This document shows positions 1-7,754 of a DNA stretch of 64,000 nt, one piece after another (the stretch's first letter is position 1; the number at the start of each line of letters is the position of its first letter). The notes below the pieces were generated by a model, which worked only from the letters and a program-made list of their open reading frames with translations, was not told the DNA's origin and made no database searches. Source of the stretch: Candidatus Tayloriibacteriota bacterium (GTDB lineage: Bacteria; Patescibacteriota; Minisyncoccia; Phycocordibacterales; UBA6065); NCBI GenBank assembly GCA_016215405.1, contig JACRJQ010000008.1, positions 124,898-188,897 on the forward strand, in the 5' to 3' direction. The position numbers and the translations under genes are program-made.

Positions 1-954
1 CTTCGCGGTCGCTTCTTCCGCCTCTATATCGCCCGAGAGGTCTTGGCCGAGAGCGTTCTTGAGGCGTACGGTCATGGTCCTGAATTCGAGGTCCGAAAAG
101 AGCTTTGAAGCCTTGTCGATGTCGATGCCGTCCCTCCAAGTCTTCTTTGGAAGGGCCCAGTCGATAGGCGCGTCGCGGCGTATGGTCGCGAGGACTTTAG
201 AGAATTCGGCGTCTTCCTTGCCCTGCTCCAAAAGCTCGATCGTGCGAGGGGTGATCCCCGCTTCCTCGAACTTCGATTTACCTTTTTTGAGCTCTTTGTA
301 TATATCCTCGACCGAGCCGAAGGTCGTGATGAGGATCGTCGCGGTCTTCTCGCCTATGCCCTTTATGCCGATGATGTTATCAGACGGGTCGCCGCGCAGG
401 CCTTTGTAGTCGGGAAGGAGCTCTGGGCCGAATCCGAACCTCTCGCGCACGCCCTTCTCGTCGTATATGACCGTATCTTTGATGCCTTTCTTGAGCGTGT
501 AGACGCGCACGCACTCGCCTGAGATCAATTGGAGCGTGTCCATGTCGCCCGAGGCGATGATCACTTCGAGGTCGCCTTTGGCGCATTCCTTCTTGACCTT
601 CTCGACGATGGTGCCGAGGATGTCGTCGGCCTCGAAGCCTTCCTTGTCGTATATCGGGATGCCCAACGCGTCGAATATGTCGCGCGAGCGGATGATCTGA
701 GCGACGAGCTCATCGTCAGTCTTGGCGCGGCCGGCTTTATAGTCTTTATATGCCTCGTGCCTGTGAGTAGGCTTTGGCAGGTCGTATGCCGCGACGATGT
801 AGTCCGGCTTCAATTTCTCGACCGCTGAAAAGATCATCGTACAAAGGCCATAGAGCGCGCCGGTCGCCTCGCCTTTCGACGTCGCGAAATCGGGCAGGGC
901 GTGATACGCCCTATGGAGGATGGCGTGAGAGTCGAGGAGGATGAGGCGTTTCAT
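1..954 (-). CDS. DNA polymerase I-type 5'-3' exonuclease (FEN domain), N-terminal part; gene runs off window start
   Basis: Minus-strand ATG at 954..952, no stop to position 1. Translation MKRLILLDSHAILHRAYHALPDF...GIKGIGEKTA is the classic PolA N-terminal 5'-3' exo signature. Not in the ORF track because it has no stop in the window. Confidence 0.75.
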   Translation of the reverse strand, partial: MKRLILLDSHAILHRAYHALPDFATSKGEATGALYGLCTMIFSAVEKLKPDYIVAAYDLPKPTHRHEAYKDYKAGRAKTDDELVAQIIRSRDIFDALGIPIYDKEGFEADDILGTIVEKVKKECAKGDLEVIIASGDMDTLQLISGECVRVYTLKKGIKDTVIYDEKGVRERFGFGPELLPDYKGLRGDPSDNIIGIKGIGEKTATILITTFGSVEDIYKELKKGKSKFEEAGITPRTIELLEQGKEDAEFSKVLATIRRDAPIDWALPKKTWRDGIDIDKASKLFSDLEFRTMTVRLKNALGQDLSGDIEAEEATAK

Positions 955-1079
955 ATTCTTATTATAGCTATTTTACGATGTCGCGCCTCGGCAAATAAAA
1001 AGGGCCACGCTATCGATTGATCTAGAATTAACTGATCGACAACGTGGCCCAGATAGGCGCAAGCATTGGACCAACAACC

Positions 1080-1300
1080 GTCTTTCGGCCGGCCGTATCT
1101 CAGGTCGGCTACCCGTCATAGCCTTGGTGGGCCATTACCCTGCTTGAGTGAACTCAAGCCAACGGAATCTTCCCTCGCCGGTACTTATCCGTTCGCCAAC
1201 TAGCTGATAGGCCGCGAACCCGCTCTATGAATTCAAGCGGTATCCGCGTGTTACTTCGCACCAGCTTGTCCTCCTGTGATGACCATAAATCGTCTGGGAA
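1080..1300 (-). other. 16S rRNA-derived fragment (homolog of the helix ~8-12 region), not a full rRNA gene
   Basis: Minus strand reads ...TAACACGCGGATACCGC...ATCAGCTAGTTGG...GGTAATGGCCCACCAAGGCTATGACGGGTAGCCGACCTGAGA, matching conserved 16S segments (GGTAAYGGCYCACCAAGGC...GTAGCCGACCTGAGAGG). Only ~200 nt, with a ~55-nt insertion. Sits in an ORF-free 415-bp gap. Confidence 0.4.
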
Positions 1301-1374
1301 CGACCACGTCTATCACGAGAACCTCGCCTGACGGCAGGTGAGCGCCTGGATAAGAAGCTATCAGATCGTCTCGA

Positions 1375-1809
1375 TTAGTCAAAGTAAATTTCCCTTGTCA
1401 CCTCATCCACAAATTTGAATCTGATCGTCGTTGCTTCTTTAGGCAGGGCACCGCCTATATTCTCTGGCCATTCGATGAGAACGAGATTCCCAGGATCACC
1501 GATCGTCTCCTTCCACCCGAGCCTCTCGACCTCCTCTGCCCTTTCGAGCCGGTATGCGTCTATGTGTATGAATTTTTTAAAATGATTCCGATTATGGAGG
1601 TCGTAGGATTTCATGATGACGAAGGTCGGGGACGAGACTTCGGATTCATGGATGCCGAGAGCGGCAGCGAACGCCTTGGAGAATGTGGTCTTTCCCGAGC
1701 CGAGATCGCCGGAAAGGGCGAGGACGGCCGCACGCGAAGCGTGCGGCCGTATCTTATCCGCCAATCCCTTCGCGATCTTAGCGGTCTCTTCGAGGCTCTT
1801 CGATATCAT
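1375..1809 (-). CDS. tsaE: tRNA threonylcarbamoyladenosine biosynthesis ATPase TsaE (YjeE)
   Basis: 144 aa; Walker A LSGDLGSGKTTFSKAF and an SPTF motif, typical TsaE size. Confidence 0.8.
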   Translation of the reverse strand: MISKSLEETAKIAKGLADKIRPHASRAAVLALSGDLGSGKTTFSKAFAAALGIHESEVSSPTFVIMKSYDLHNRNHFKKFIHIDAYRLERAEEVERLGWKETIGDPGNLVLIEWPENIGGALPKEATTIRFKFVDEVTREIYFD

Positions 1810-1891
1810 GCCTAGATTCTACAGCCTATCCGAGAATAAAAAAGGAGGCCCCGCTTTCGCAAGGGCCTCCGGAAACAGTCTTGTCGTTGTC

Positions 1892-2350
1892 TTAACGAGC
1901 CGCGTAGGACGGATACGGGAAGATCTCCCGATACCAGTGGTCTCTGCCGTCGACATAGTGAGTCTCGACAGAGGTTCCTGTCTCGCGGCCGGAGGCGTCC
2001 ACAAAAGTCACGAAGACCTTCATGAACTCCCGTTCGCCCGTGATCCGAGGAGAGGCGATGAACGCGTCCTTTCCGACCGATCCCGTGCCGTAGTCGTATG
2101 ACCCGGTGGGAAGCGGTTCGGAGAGGGACGGCCTCCAGAGGAATATACCGACTCGCACTTTGAGGGCGCGATCGGCATAGGGATTCTTCACGAGGAAGCC
2201 GGCGCGGTCGGGAGCGCTGCTCTCAGGACACGGGTTAGCGTATCCAAAGGTGCCAAGGACCGGAATCGTGTATGTGCCCATCCCGTTGGATTGGCACCCG
2301 CACAAGGCGACAGACAAGCTTACGATGAGCGAGCAGATCAGGATTTTCAT
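1892..2350 (-). CDS. putative lipoprotein (unknown function)
   Basis: Internal start MKILICSLIVSLSVALCGCQ gives a signal peptide with a lipobox-like Cys. The longer ORF start at 2398 overlaps the divergent promoter region. Confidence 0.5.
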   Translation of the reverse strand: MKILICSLIVSLSVALCGCQSNGMGTYTIPVLGTFGYANPCPESSAPDRAGFLVKNPYADRALKVRVGIFLWRPSLSEPLPTGSYDYGTGSVGKDAFIASPRITGEREFMKVFVTFVDASGRETGTSVETHYVDGRDHWYREIFPYPSYAAR

Positions 2351-2478
2351 GGAAAGACCGAAATTCGGAGGTTCAGGAATCTCACGGCGACGTGCCATGA
2401 TATTAATATTATACTCCTATTTTCGCTAAAAGTCAATATGTAGTTTCGATAGGTAAAACGACGAAGTGACGCTAAAAT

Positions 2479-4161
2479 ATGGCCATGACAGTATCTTTCG
2501 ACGAGGACAGGCAGGATAAAAAGCTCGAGGAGTGGAAGAGACGCGAAGAGGAGGACGTCGCCCAGATCCTCGCCTCCCGATACGGGCTCGAATACGCGGA
2601 CCTCGGTCCGGTGCCTATCAATATGGACGCCCTCAGGCTCCTTACCGTCGACGAGGCGAAGGAGGCGCGGCTCGCTCCTTTCTCTCTCGTGGGAAAGCGG
2701 GTAAAGATCGCCGTGATCTCTCCGGCGAACGAAAAGACCGTCCTCGCCCTCGACAAGATAAAGGCCAAGGGATACGAGGTGACCCTCGCCGTAGTCTCTC
2801 CCCTCTCTTTGGAAAAGGCATGGTCGCGCTACGCCGACCTCTCGTTCTCGACCGAGACCAAGGCCGGCGCGCTCGATATATCGAGCGAGGATATAAAGAA
2901 CTTCATCGGCCGGATAAAGACCATCGACGACGTGCGCGAGCAGATAAACGAGATACTCAAGCTCAAGAAAGGCTTCCGCATCTCGAAGATACTCGAGATC
3001 GTGCTCTCCGGCGCGCTCGCGACCAAAGCGTCCGACATCCATATCGAGCCGGAAGAGGTCTATGTGCGGCTGCGCTACCGCCTCGACGGCGTGCTCACCG
3101 ACATCCTGACGTTCGACCTCGAGACGTTCGGGCTCCTCCTCTCGCGCCTCAAGCTCCTCTCGGGCCTTAAGCTCAATATCAAATCCGAGGCTCAAGACGG
3201 CCGTTTTTCGGTCAAGATAGGCGAAGACGACATCGAGATCCGCACGTCTGTCCTCCCCGGCGCCTACAACGAGTCAGTGGTCCTCAGGCTCCTCAACCCG
3301 AAATCGATCCAAGTGCCCCTCGAGTCTTTGGGCATCCCGAAGAAGCTCCTCTCCGTCATCATGAAGGAGATCGCGAAGCCCAACGGCATGATCCTCACGA
3401 CGGGACCGACGGGATCGGGAAAGACGACAACCCTCTATGCGTTCCTCCGAAAGATCCACACGCCCGACGTGAAGATCATCACGATCGAAGACCCTATCGA
3501 ATACCATCTCCCGGGCATCGTGCAGACCCAGGTGAATTCGGACAAAGGCTACACCTTCGACCTCGGCCTCCGCTCCGCCCTGCGCCAAGACCCTGACGTG
3601 ATCATGGTGGGCGAGATCCGCGATCCCGAGACCGCGCAGACCGCAGTGAACTCGGCCCTCACGGGGCACCTCGTCTTCTCGACCCTCCACACGAATTCGG
3701 CGGCAGGCTCCTTTCCCCGCCTCATCGACCTCGGAGTCAACCCGCGCACGATCTCGTCGGCTATAAACCTGGCTCTGGCGCAGCGCCTCGTCCGAACGCT
3801 CTGTAGCGCCTGCAAAAAGGAAGAGAAGCTCGAAGGCGCCGACAAGGCGACGGTCGAAAGGGTCCTCGCGACCATCGTCGACAGGTCGGAGATACCGGCA
3901 AAAGCTGATTCTCATTTTCGACCGGTAGGGTGCCCCCAGTGTAACGGCTCCGGATACAAGGGCCGCATCGGCCTCTACGAGGGAATCCTCCTCACCGAAG
4001 AGATCAACAAGGCGATCGAATTCTCGACGTCGGCAGCGGAGGTCGAGAAAGTCGCGGCCGCGCAAGGCATCCTCACGATGCTCCAAGACGGGGTCATAAA
4101 ATCCATCACTGGCGTGACGTCTCTCGAGGAGCTGCAGAGAGTTATAAACATAGAACAATAG
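2479..4161 (+). CDS. pilB: type II/IV secretion-family assembly ATPase (GspE/PilB)
   Basis: 560 aa; Walker A TGPTGSGKTTTL, Asp/His boxes (GEIRDPETA, LVFSTLHTNSAAG), tetra-Cys CSAC...CPQC, GspE-N-like N-terminus. Confidence 0.85.
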   Translation: MAMTVSFDEDRQDKKLEEWKRREEEDVAQILASRYGLEYADLGPVPINMDALRLLTVDEAKEARLAPFSLVGKRVKIAVISPANEKTVLALDKIKAKGYEVTLAVVSPLSLEKAWSRYADLSFSTETKAGALDISSEDIKNFIGRIKTIDDVREQINEILKLKKGFRISKILEIVLSGALATKASDIHIEPEEVYVRLRYRLDGVLTDILTFDLETFGLLLSRLKLLSGLKLNIKSEAQDGRFSVKIGEDDIEIRTSVLPGAYNESVVLRLLNPKSIQVPLESLGIPKKLLSVIMKEIAKPNGMILTTGPTGSGKTTTLYAFLRKIHTPDVKIITIEDPIEYHLPGIVQTQVNSDKGYTFDLGLRSALRQDPDVIMVGEIRDPETAQTAVNSALTGHLVFSTLHTNSAAGSFPRLIDLGVNPRTISSAINLALAQRLVRTLCSACKKEEKLEGADKATVERVLATIVDRSEIPAKADSHFRPVGCPQCNGSGYKGRIGLYEGILLTEEINKAIEFSTSAAEVEKVAAAQGILTMLQDGVIKSITGVTSLEELQRVINIEQ

Positions 4162-4164
4162 ACC

Positions 4165-4572
4165 ATGGTATACGCGAACGGCACAGGAGATATAAGCACG
4201 AAGGTCCGAGAGCTCGAAGCGGAGATGGACAAAAGCGCCCTCGAATTCCAAGGCCACGAGAAGAAGGTCCAGGAATTAAAGCTCGGCATACAAAAAGCGC
4301 AGGCAGACGCGAAAGCGAAAGATTCCGTAGTCCATCAGAAGGAGAACGAGATAACGAGGACCCGCGAAGAGAAGCGCGAGCTCGAAAGGACGGCTATAAA
4401 GCTGGAATCCGAGCTTCGAAGGGCCGAAACGGACCTCGCCAACTTCAGGCGCGAATACGACAAGCATAAAATGGAGCTCCAGAGGCTCCAACAGGCCCTT
4501 CAGAGCGTCCAAGCCGCCGAAAGAGACTCCTCGAGGATGCGCGGCCAGCATGGCGGATCGATACGCCGATAG
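4165..4572 (+). CDS. coiled-coil hypothetical protein
   Basis: 135 aa, charged heptad-like sequence. Starts 3 nt after the pilB stop, so likely co-transcribed. Confidence 0.4.
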   Translation: MVYANGTGDISTKVRELEAEMDKSALEFQGHEKKVQELKLGIQKAQADAKAKDSVVHQKENEITRTREEKRELERTAIKLESELRRAETDLANFRREYDKHKMELQRLQQALQSVQAAERDSSRMRGQHGGSIRR

Positions 4573-4683
4573 CCCTCTGTCGATGGACGATTTGCCTCCC
4601 GCTCCATCTCGTGTCGTTTTGCTTATCCTCTGTTGCAGGAGCAGATAGGAAGAGTACTATGGCAAAAGATGGCAAAAGAAAAA

Positions 4684-4706
4684 CCCGCCCCTGCGGGCGG
4701 ATCGTT
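4684..4706. terminator. GC hairpin (CCGCCC-CTGC-GGGCGG) with a T-tract on the minus strand; intrinsic terminator, more convincing for a leftward transcript
   Basis: aaaaacccgcccctgcgggcgg; minus strand reads ...GGGCGGGTTTTTCTTTT. Confidence 0.45.
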
Positions 4707-4716
4707 CCAGAACATA

Positions 4717-4857
4717 AATCTCTAAGCAATACATAATGGTGTGCACCAAATGTTAAGCAGAGTTCTTAGGATGGCACCAGTAGGAAGACCGGAGTCTAAC
4801 CAGAACGTCCCGAGAATATCAACTAGTAAACCGTAAAGGTTTAATTGCTTAGAGATT
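4717..4857. repeat. AT-rich island bounded by a 14-bp perfect inverted repeat (AATCTCTAAGCAAT / ATTGCTTAGAGATT); candidate structured ncRNA or MITE-like element
   Basis: Inverted repeat at 4717-4730 and 4844-4857 encloses ~113 bp of low-GC sequence in a high-GC genome. Sits between an intrinsic terminator and ruvB. Confidence 0.4.
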
Positions 4858-4916
4858 CATGGCCTGGAATCCCTTGTTTCAATCTTTCATAACTAGCTTA
4901 GCATACTCGATTCAAA

Positions 4917-5966
4917 ATGTCAAGTACCCGTAACACCCCCTCTTCCGGCGGCAAAGATACGGCCTCGAACAAGGCTGGTTTGGGAGGCGACGAGCTTTTC
5001 CTCGATACGACCCTCCGACCGTCGTCATGGGACGAATATGTCGGCCAAAAAACCATTAAAGAGAACCTGCGGGTCCTTTTGCGCGCCGCGGCCGAGCGAA
5101 AGCACCCTCCGGAGCACATACTCTTCTACGGCCCCCCGGGCCTCGGCAAGACCACCCTCGCCCACCTCATCGCCAAAGAGACCGCGTCGCAGCTCAAGGC
5201 GACCTCGGGCCCCGCGATAGAGAAGGTAGGAGACCTCGCGTCGATACTCACCAACCTCTCTCCGGGCGACATGCTCTTCATCGACGAGATCCACCGCCTC
5301 AACAAGGCGATCGAAGAGGTCCTCTATCCGGCGATGGAGTCTGGCTCGCTCGACATCATCATAGGCAAAGGGCCGTCCGCGCGCACGATCCAGCTCGAGC
5401 TCCCTCCGTTCACTCTCATAGCCGCCACGACGAGGATCGCCCTCCTCTCCTCTCCTTTGCGATCGAGGTTCTCCGGCGGCACGTTCCGGCTCGAATTCTA
5501 TACCGACGCTGAGATACAAAGGATAATCCATCGCTCGGCCAAGCTTTTGGGCCTTGAGATCGACGAGAAGTCGTCCGAAAAGATAGCTAAACGAAGCCGT
5601 TTTACGCCGCGAACCGCCAACTTCCTCCTCAAAAGGGTCCGCGACCTCGCTCAGGTCGAAAAGGCGCCGGTCTCCGTCGAGATCGTAGACAGGGCCCTCG
5701 CCATGCTCGGTATCGACGAGCTCGGCCTTTTGCAGAGCGACCGCGACCTTCTCTCGACCCTTATCGACAAATTCGGAGGCGGCCCCGTAGGCCTTAACAC
5801 CCTCGCTGCATCGCTTGCTGAAGAAGAGGCGACGATCGAAGAGGTCCACGAACCCTATCTCCTCCAGCTTGGCCTCATCGAGAGGACCCCGCGAGGAAGG
5901 AAGGTCACCGAGAAGGCGTACGGGCACATGAAGGTCGAGCCTTCCAAAAGAGGAAAGCTCTTGTAG
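4917..5966 (+). CDS. ruvB: Holliday junction branch-migration helicase RuvB
   Basis: 349 aa; LRP..WDEYVGQ, Walker A GPPGLGKTTLA, Walker B LFIDEIHRL. Confidence 0.9.
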   Translation: MSSTRNTPSSGGKDTASNKAGLGGDELFLDTTLRPSSWDEYVGQKTIKENLRVLLRAAAERKHPPEHILFYGPPGLGKTTLAHLIAKETASQLKATSGPAIEKVGDLASILTNLSPGDMLFIDEIHRLNKAIEEVLYPAMESGSLDIIIGKGPSARTIQLELPPFTLIAATTRIALLSSPLRSRFSGGTFRLEFYTDAEIQRIIHRSAKLLGLEIDEKSSEKIAKRSRFTPRTANFLLKRVRDLAQVEKAPVSVEIVDRALAMLGIDELGLLQSDRDLLSTLIDKFGGGPVGLNTLAASLAEEEATIEEVHEPYLLQLGLIERTPRGRKVTEKAYGHMKVEPSKRGKLL

Positions 5967-5995
5967 GATCTAGAACGCGTTAACCTGAAACCACT

Positions 5996-6523
5996 ATGGC
6001 AGGACATAACAAATGGAAGCAGATAAAGGACAAGAAGGCGAAGACCGACGGGGCGAAGTCGAAGCTCTATTCTAAATATTCGAAGCTTATCTCGGCAGAA
6101 GCGCAAAAGGTTAAAGGCGACAAGAGCGCCCCTTCCCTTCGAGCCCTCATCGAACGCGCGAAAACTGAAAACGTGACGAACGACGTCATCGACCGCGCCA
6201 TAAAGAAGGCCTCCGAGCCTGGATCCGCCCTCGAAGCGATAGTCTACGAGGCTTACGGCCCAGGAGGATGCGCCATGATGATAGAAGCGCTCACCACCAA
6301 CAAGAACAAGGCCGCTCAGGAAGTGAAGCATATCCTTTCGGATAATGGCTTCTCCCTCGCCACTCCCGGAAGCGCCTCGTGGGCGTTTAAGCGCGAAGGC
6401 ACGACATGGATCCCGACCATGACGGTCGCCCTCGAAGACGCGGACCTCGGCATCCTCGAAAAGCTCGTCGACGACTTGGAGAACAACGACGAGGTGCAAG
6501 ACGTCTTCACGAACGTGGAGTAA
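5996..6523 (+). CDS. yebC: YebC/PmpR-family probable transcriptional regulator (short form)
   Basis: Starts MAGHNKWKQIKDKKAK (YebC hallmark), ends ...VQDVFTNVE; 175 aa. Confidence 0.75.
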   Translation: MAGHNKWKQIKDKKAKTDGAKSKLYSKYSKLISAEAQKVKGDKSAPSLRALIERAKTENVTNDVIDRAIKKASEPGSALEAIVYEAYGPGGCAMMIEALTTNKNKAAQEVKHILSDNGFSLATPGSASWAFKREGTTWIPTMTVALEDADLGILEKLVDDLENNDEVQDVFTNVE

Positions 6524-6589
6524 ATAAAAGGCTGTTCTCTGATCTACTGGACCGGGCTCGAACTTTTCTTTTTGGCCTCTCTCGTTTCG

Positions 6590-6670
6590 TCGCTGCGGGG
6601 CGCAAGGCGTCCCTCGGCGGAATACCGCGCTCGGGCATGTCCTCGCTCCGAAGCCGAGAGGGGCGGGATT
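6590..6670 (-). repeat. copy of the terminator-linked repeat element (inverted orientation)
   Basis: Matches the reverse complement of the 51.2-kb copy (GCGCAAGGCGTCCCTCGGCGG...CTCGGGCATGTCCTCGCTCCGAAG). Confidence 0.5.
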
Positions 6671-6692
6671 GTTTACGAGAAGAGGGATGCTA

Positions 6693-6725
6693 GCCGCGCC
6701 GCAAGGCGCGGTTTTCCCTTTCTTA
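6693..6725 (+). terminator. intrinsic terminator after yebC, at the centre of the repeat-element pair
   Basis: GCCGCGCC-GCAA-GGCGCGG followed by TTTTCCCTTTCTT. Confidence 0.6.
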
Positions 6726-6835
6726 CCCTCCCGCCGAGTCCGCGTTCTTCTTTGCGAGGACTTACTCCGAAGGAGGCGCTTGCGTCTCGCAGCAAAGAAA
6801 ACGCGGACCGGCTTAAAAGAAATCTCTTCTGGAGA
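6713..6835 (+). repeat. copy of the terminator-linked repeat element (direct orientation)
   Basis: ~75% identical over ~140 nt to 51157-51300 (CCCTCC-GCCG-TCCGCG-TCTTC...CGAGGAC...CGCTTGCG-TC-CGCAG...GCGGA-CGGCT-AAAA...CTCTTC). Confidence 0.55.
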
Positions 6836-6856
6836 GAGAAATGGTAAAATCAATCC

Positions 6857-7333
6857 ATGCGAATCCTCGCCATCGATCCCGGATACGAACGCCTCGGCGT
6901 CGCCGTTCTCGAAAAGAACCCCCGCGAGAAGGAGACCCTCCTTTATTCTGACTGCTTCAAAACGTCGACAAAGCTTCCCCACGCCGAGAGGCTCGCCCTC
7001 ATCGGCGGCGAAGTCGCGCGCGTCATCGAGGAGTTCGAGCCGAAGGCGCTCTCGATAGAGACCTTGTTCTTCAGCACGAACACGAAGACCGCCATAGCCG
7101 TCGCGGAAGCGCGCGGGACGATACTCTACGAGGCGGCAAGACACGGATTAAAAGCCTATGAATATGGGCCTGGTCAGATAAAAGTAGCTGTCACCGGCTA
7201 CGGTAAAAGCGATAAAGAGCACATGATCGCGATGGTCCCTAAGCTTATAAAGATAGAAAAGGAGATAGGGCACGACGACGAGTACGATGCCATAGCCGTC
7301 GGCCTGACCTGCTTCGCAGTAGAGAGATTTTAA
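6857..7333 (+). CDS. ruvC: crossover junction endodeoxyribonuclease RuvC
   Basis: MRILAIDPGYERLGVAVLE...; 158 aa RNase H-fold resolvase. Confidence 0.85.
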   Translation: MRILAIDPGYERLGVAVLEKNPREKETLLYSDCFKTSTKLPHAERLALIGGEVARVIEEFEPKALSIETLFFSTNTKTAIAVAEARGTILYEAARHGLKAYEYGPGQIKVAVTGYGKSDKEHMIAMVPKLIKIEKEIGHDDEYDAIAVGLTCFAVERF

Positions 7334-7481
7334 AGGACTCGCCCTCTCGGTCTATGTCTCGCCAAGAAGCCCGCGCGACTCGTCTCGCTCTCGGCGGCTG
7401 CTTTAGACGGTTTTCCACACCGCCTGCTACTTGCAAAGAAAATCCTATTTGCTACAAATAGGGGCGTTACATTAAATTTGC

Positions 7482-7715
7482 ATGCCCCGAAAGAAGATCC
7501 AAAAAGAAGAGGTCCTCAAGGTAGAGGATGATCGTGAGAAGAAGGACGACGACAAGGAAGAGGAAGAAGACGATGATCCGAGCCCGAAGAAAGTGGCGTC
7601 GGACGACGATGAAGCCCTTCCCGATCCTGACGAAGACGATCCTCTCGACGAGGACGATGAGGACGAGGACGATCCTCTCGTCGATTTTATGACGGAAGAG
7701 GAGGAGAGCTGGTAG
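7482..7715 (+). CDS. small highly acidic protein (Asp/Glu-rich), unknown function
   Basis: 77 aa, more than 50% D/E. Followed directly by an intrinsic terminator. Confidence 0.45.
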   Translation: MPRKKIQKEEVLKVEDDREKKDDDKEEEEDDDPSPKKVASDDDEALPDPDEDDPLDEDDEDEDDPLVDFMTEEEESW

Positions 7716-7720
7716 CGAAA

Positions 7721-7754
7721 GAAAACCGCCTAACGGCGGTTTTCTTTTTATTTT
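7721..7754. terminator. bidirectional intrinsic terminator (acidic-protein gene / tyrS)
   Basis: GAAAACCGCC-TAAC-GGCGGTTTTCTTTTTATTTT. Confidence 0.6.

Noticed and set aside
1295-1310. Plus-strand GTCTGGGAAC resembling 16S 'GTCTGGGAAAC'
   Set aside because: 10-mer on the opposite strand to the other 16S-like segments; likely chance.
2347-3195. 282-aa minus-strand ORF antisense to the pilB-family ATPase gene
   Set aside because: Shadow ORF typical of high-GC DNA (Arg/Glu/Leu-rich, no motifs); the plus-strand ATPase is unambiguous.
4717-4857. Identification of the IR-bounded island as SRP RNA, tmRNA or 6S RNA
   Set aside because: None of the conserved motifs (SRP helix-8 GGAAG…AGCAGC, tmRNA tRNA-like 3' end, 6S bubble) could be found on either strand. 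Left as an unclassified ncRNA/MITE candidate.
5855-7144. 429-aa minus-strand ORF spanning ruvB end, yebC and ruvC
   Set aside because: Antisense to three well-supported genes; composition-driven open frame.
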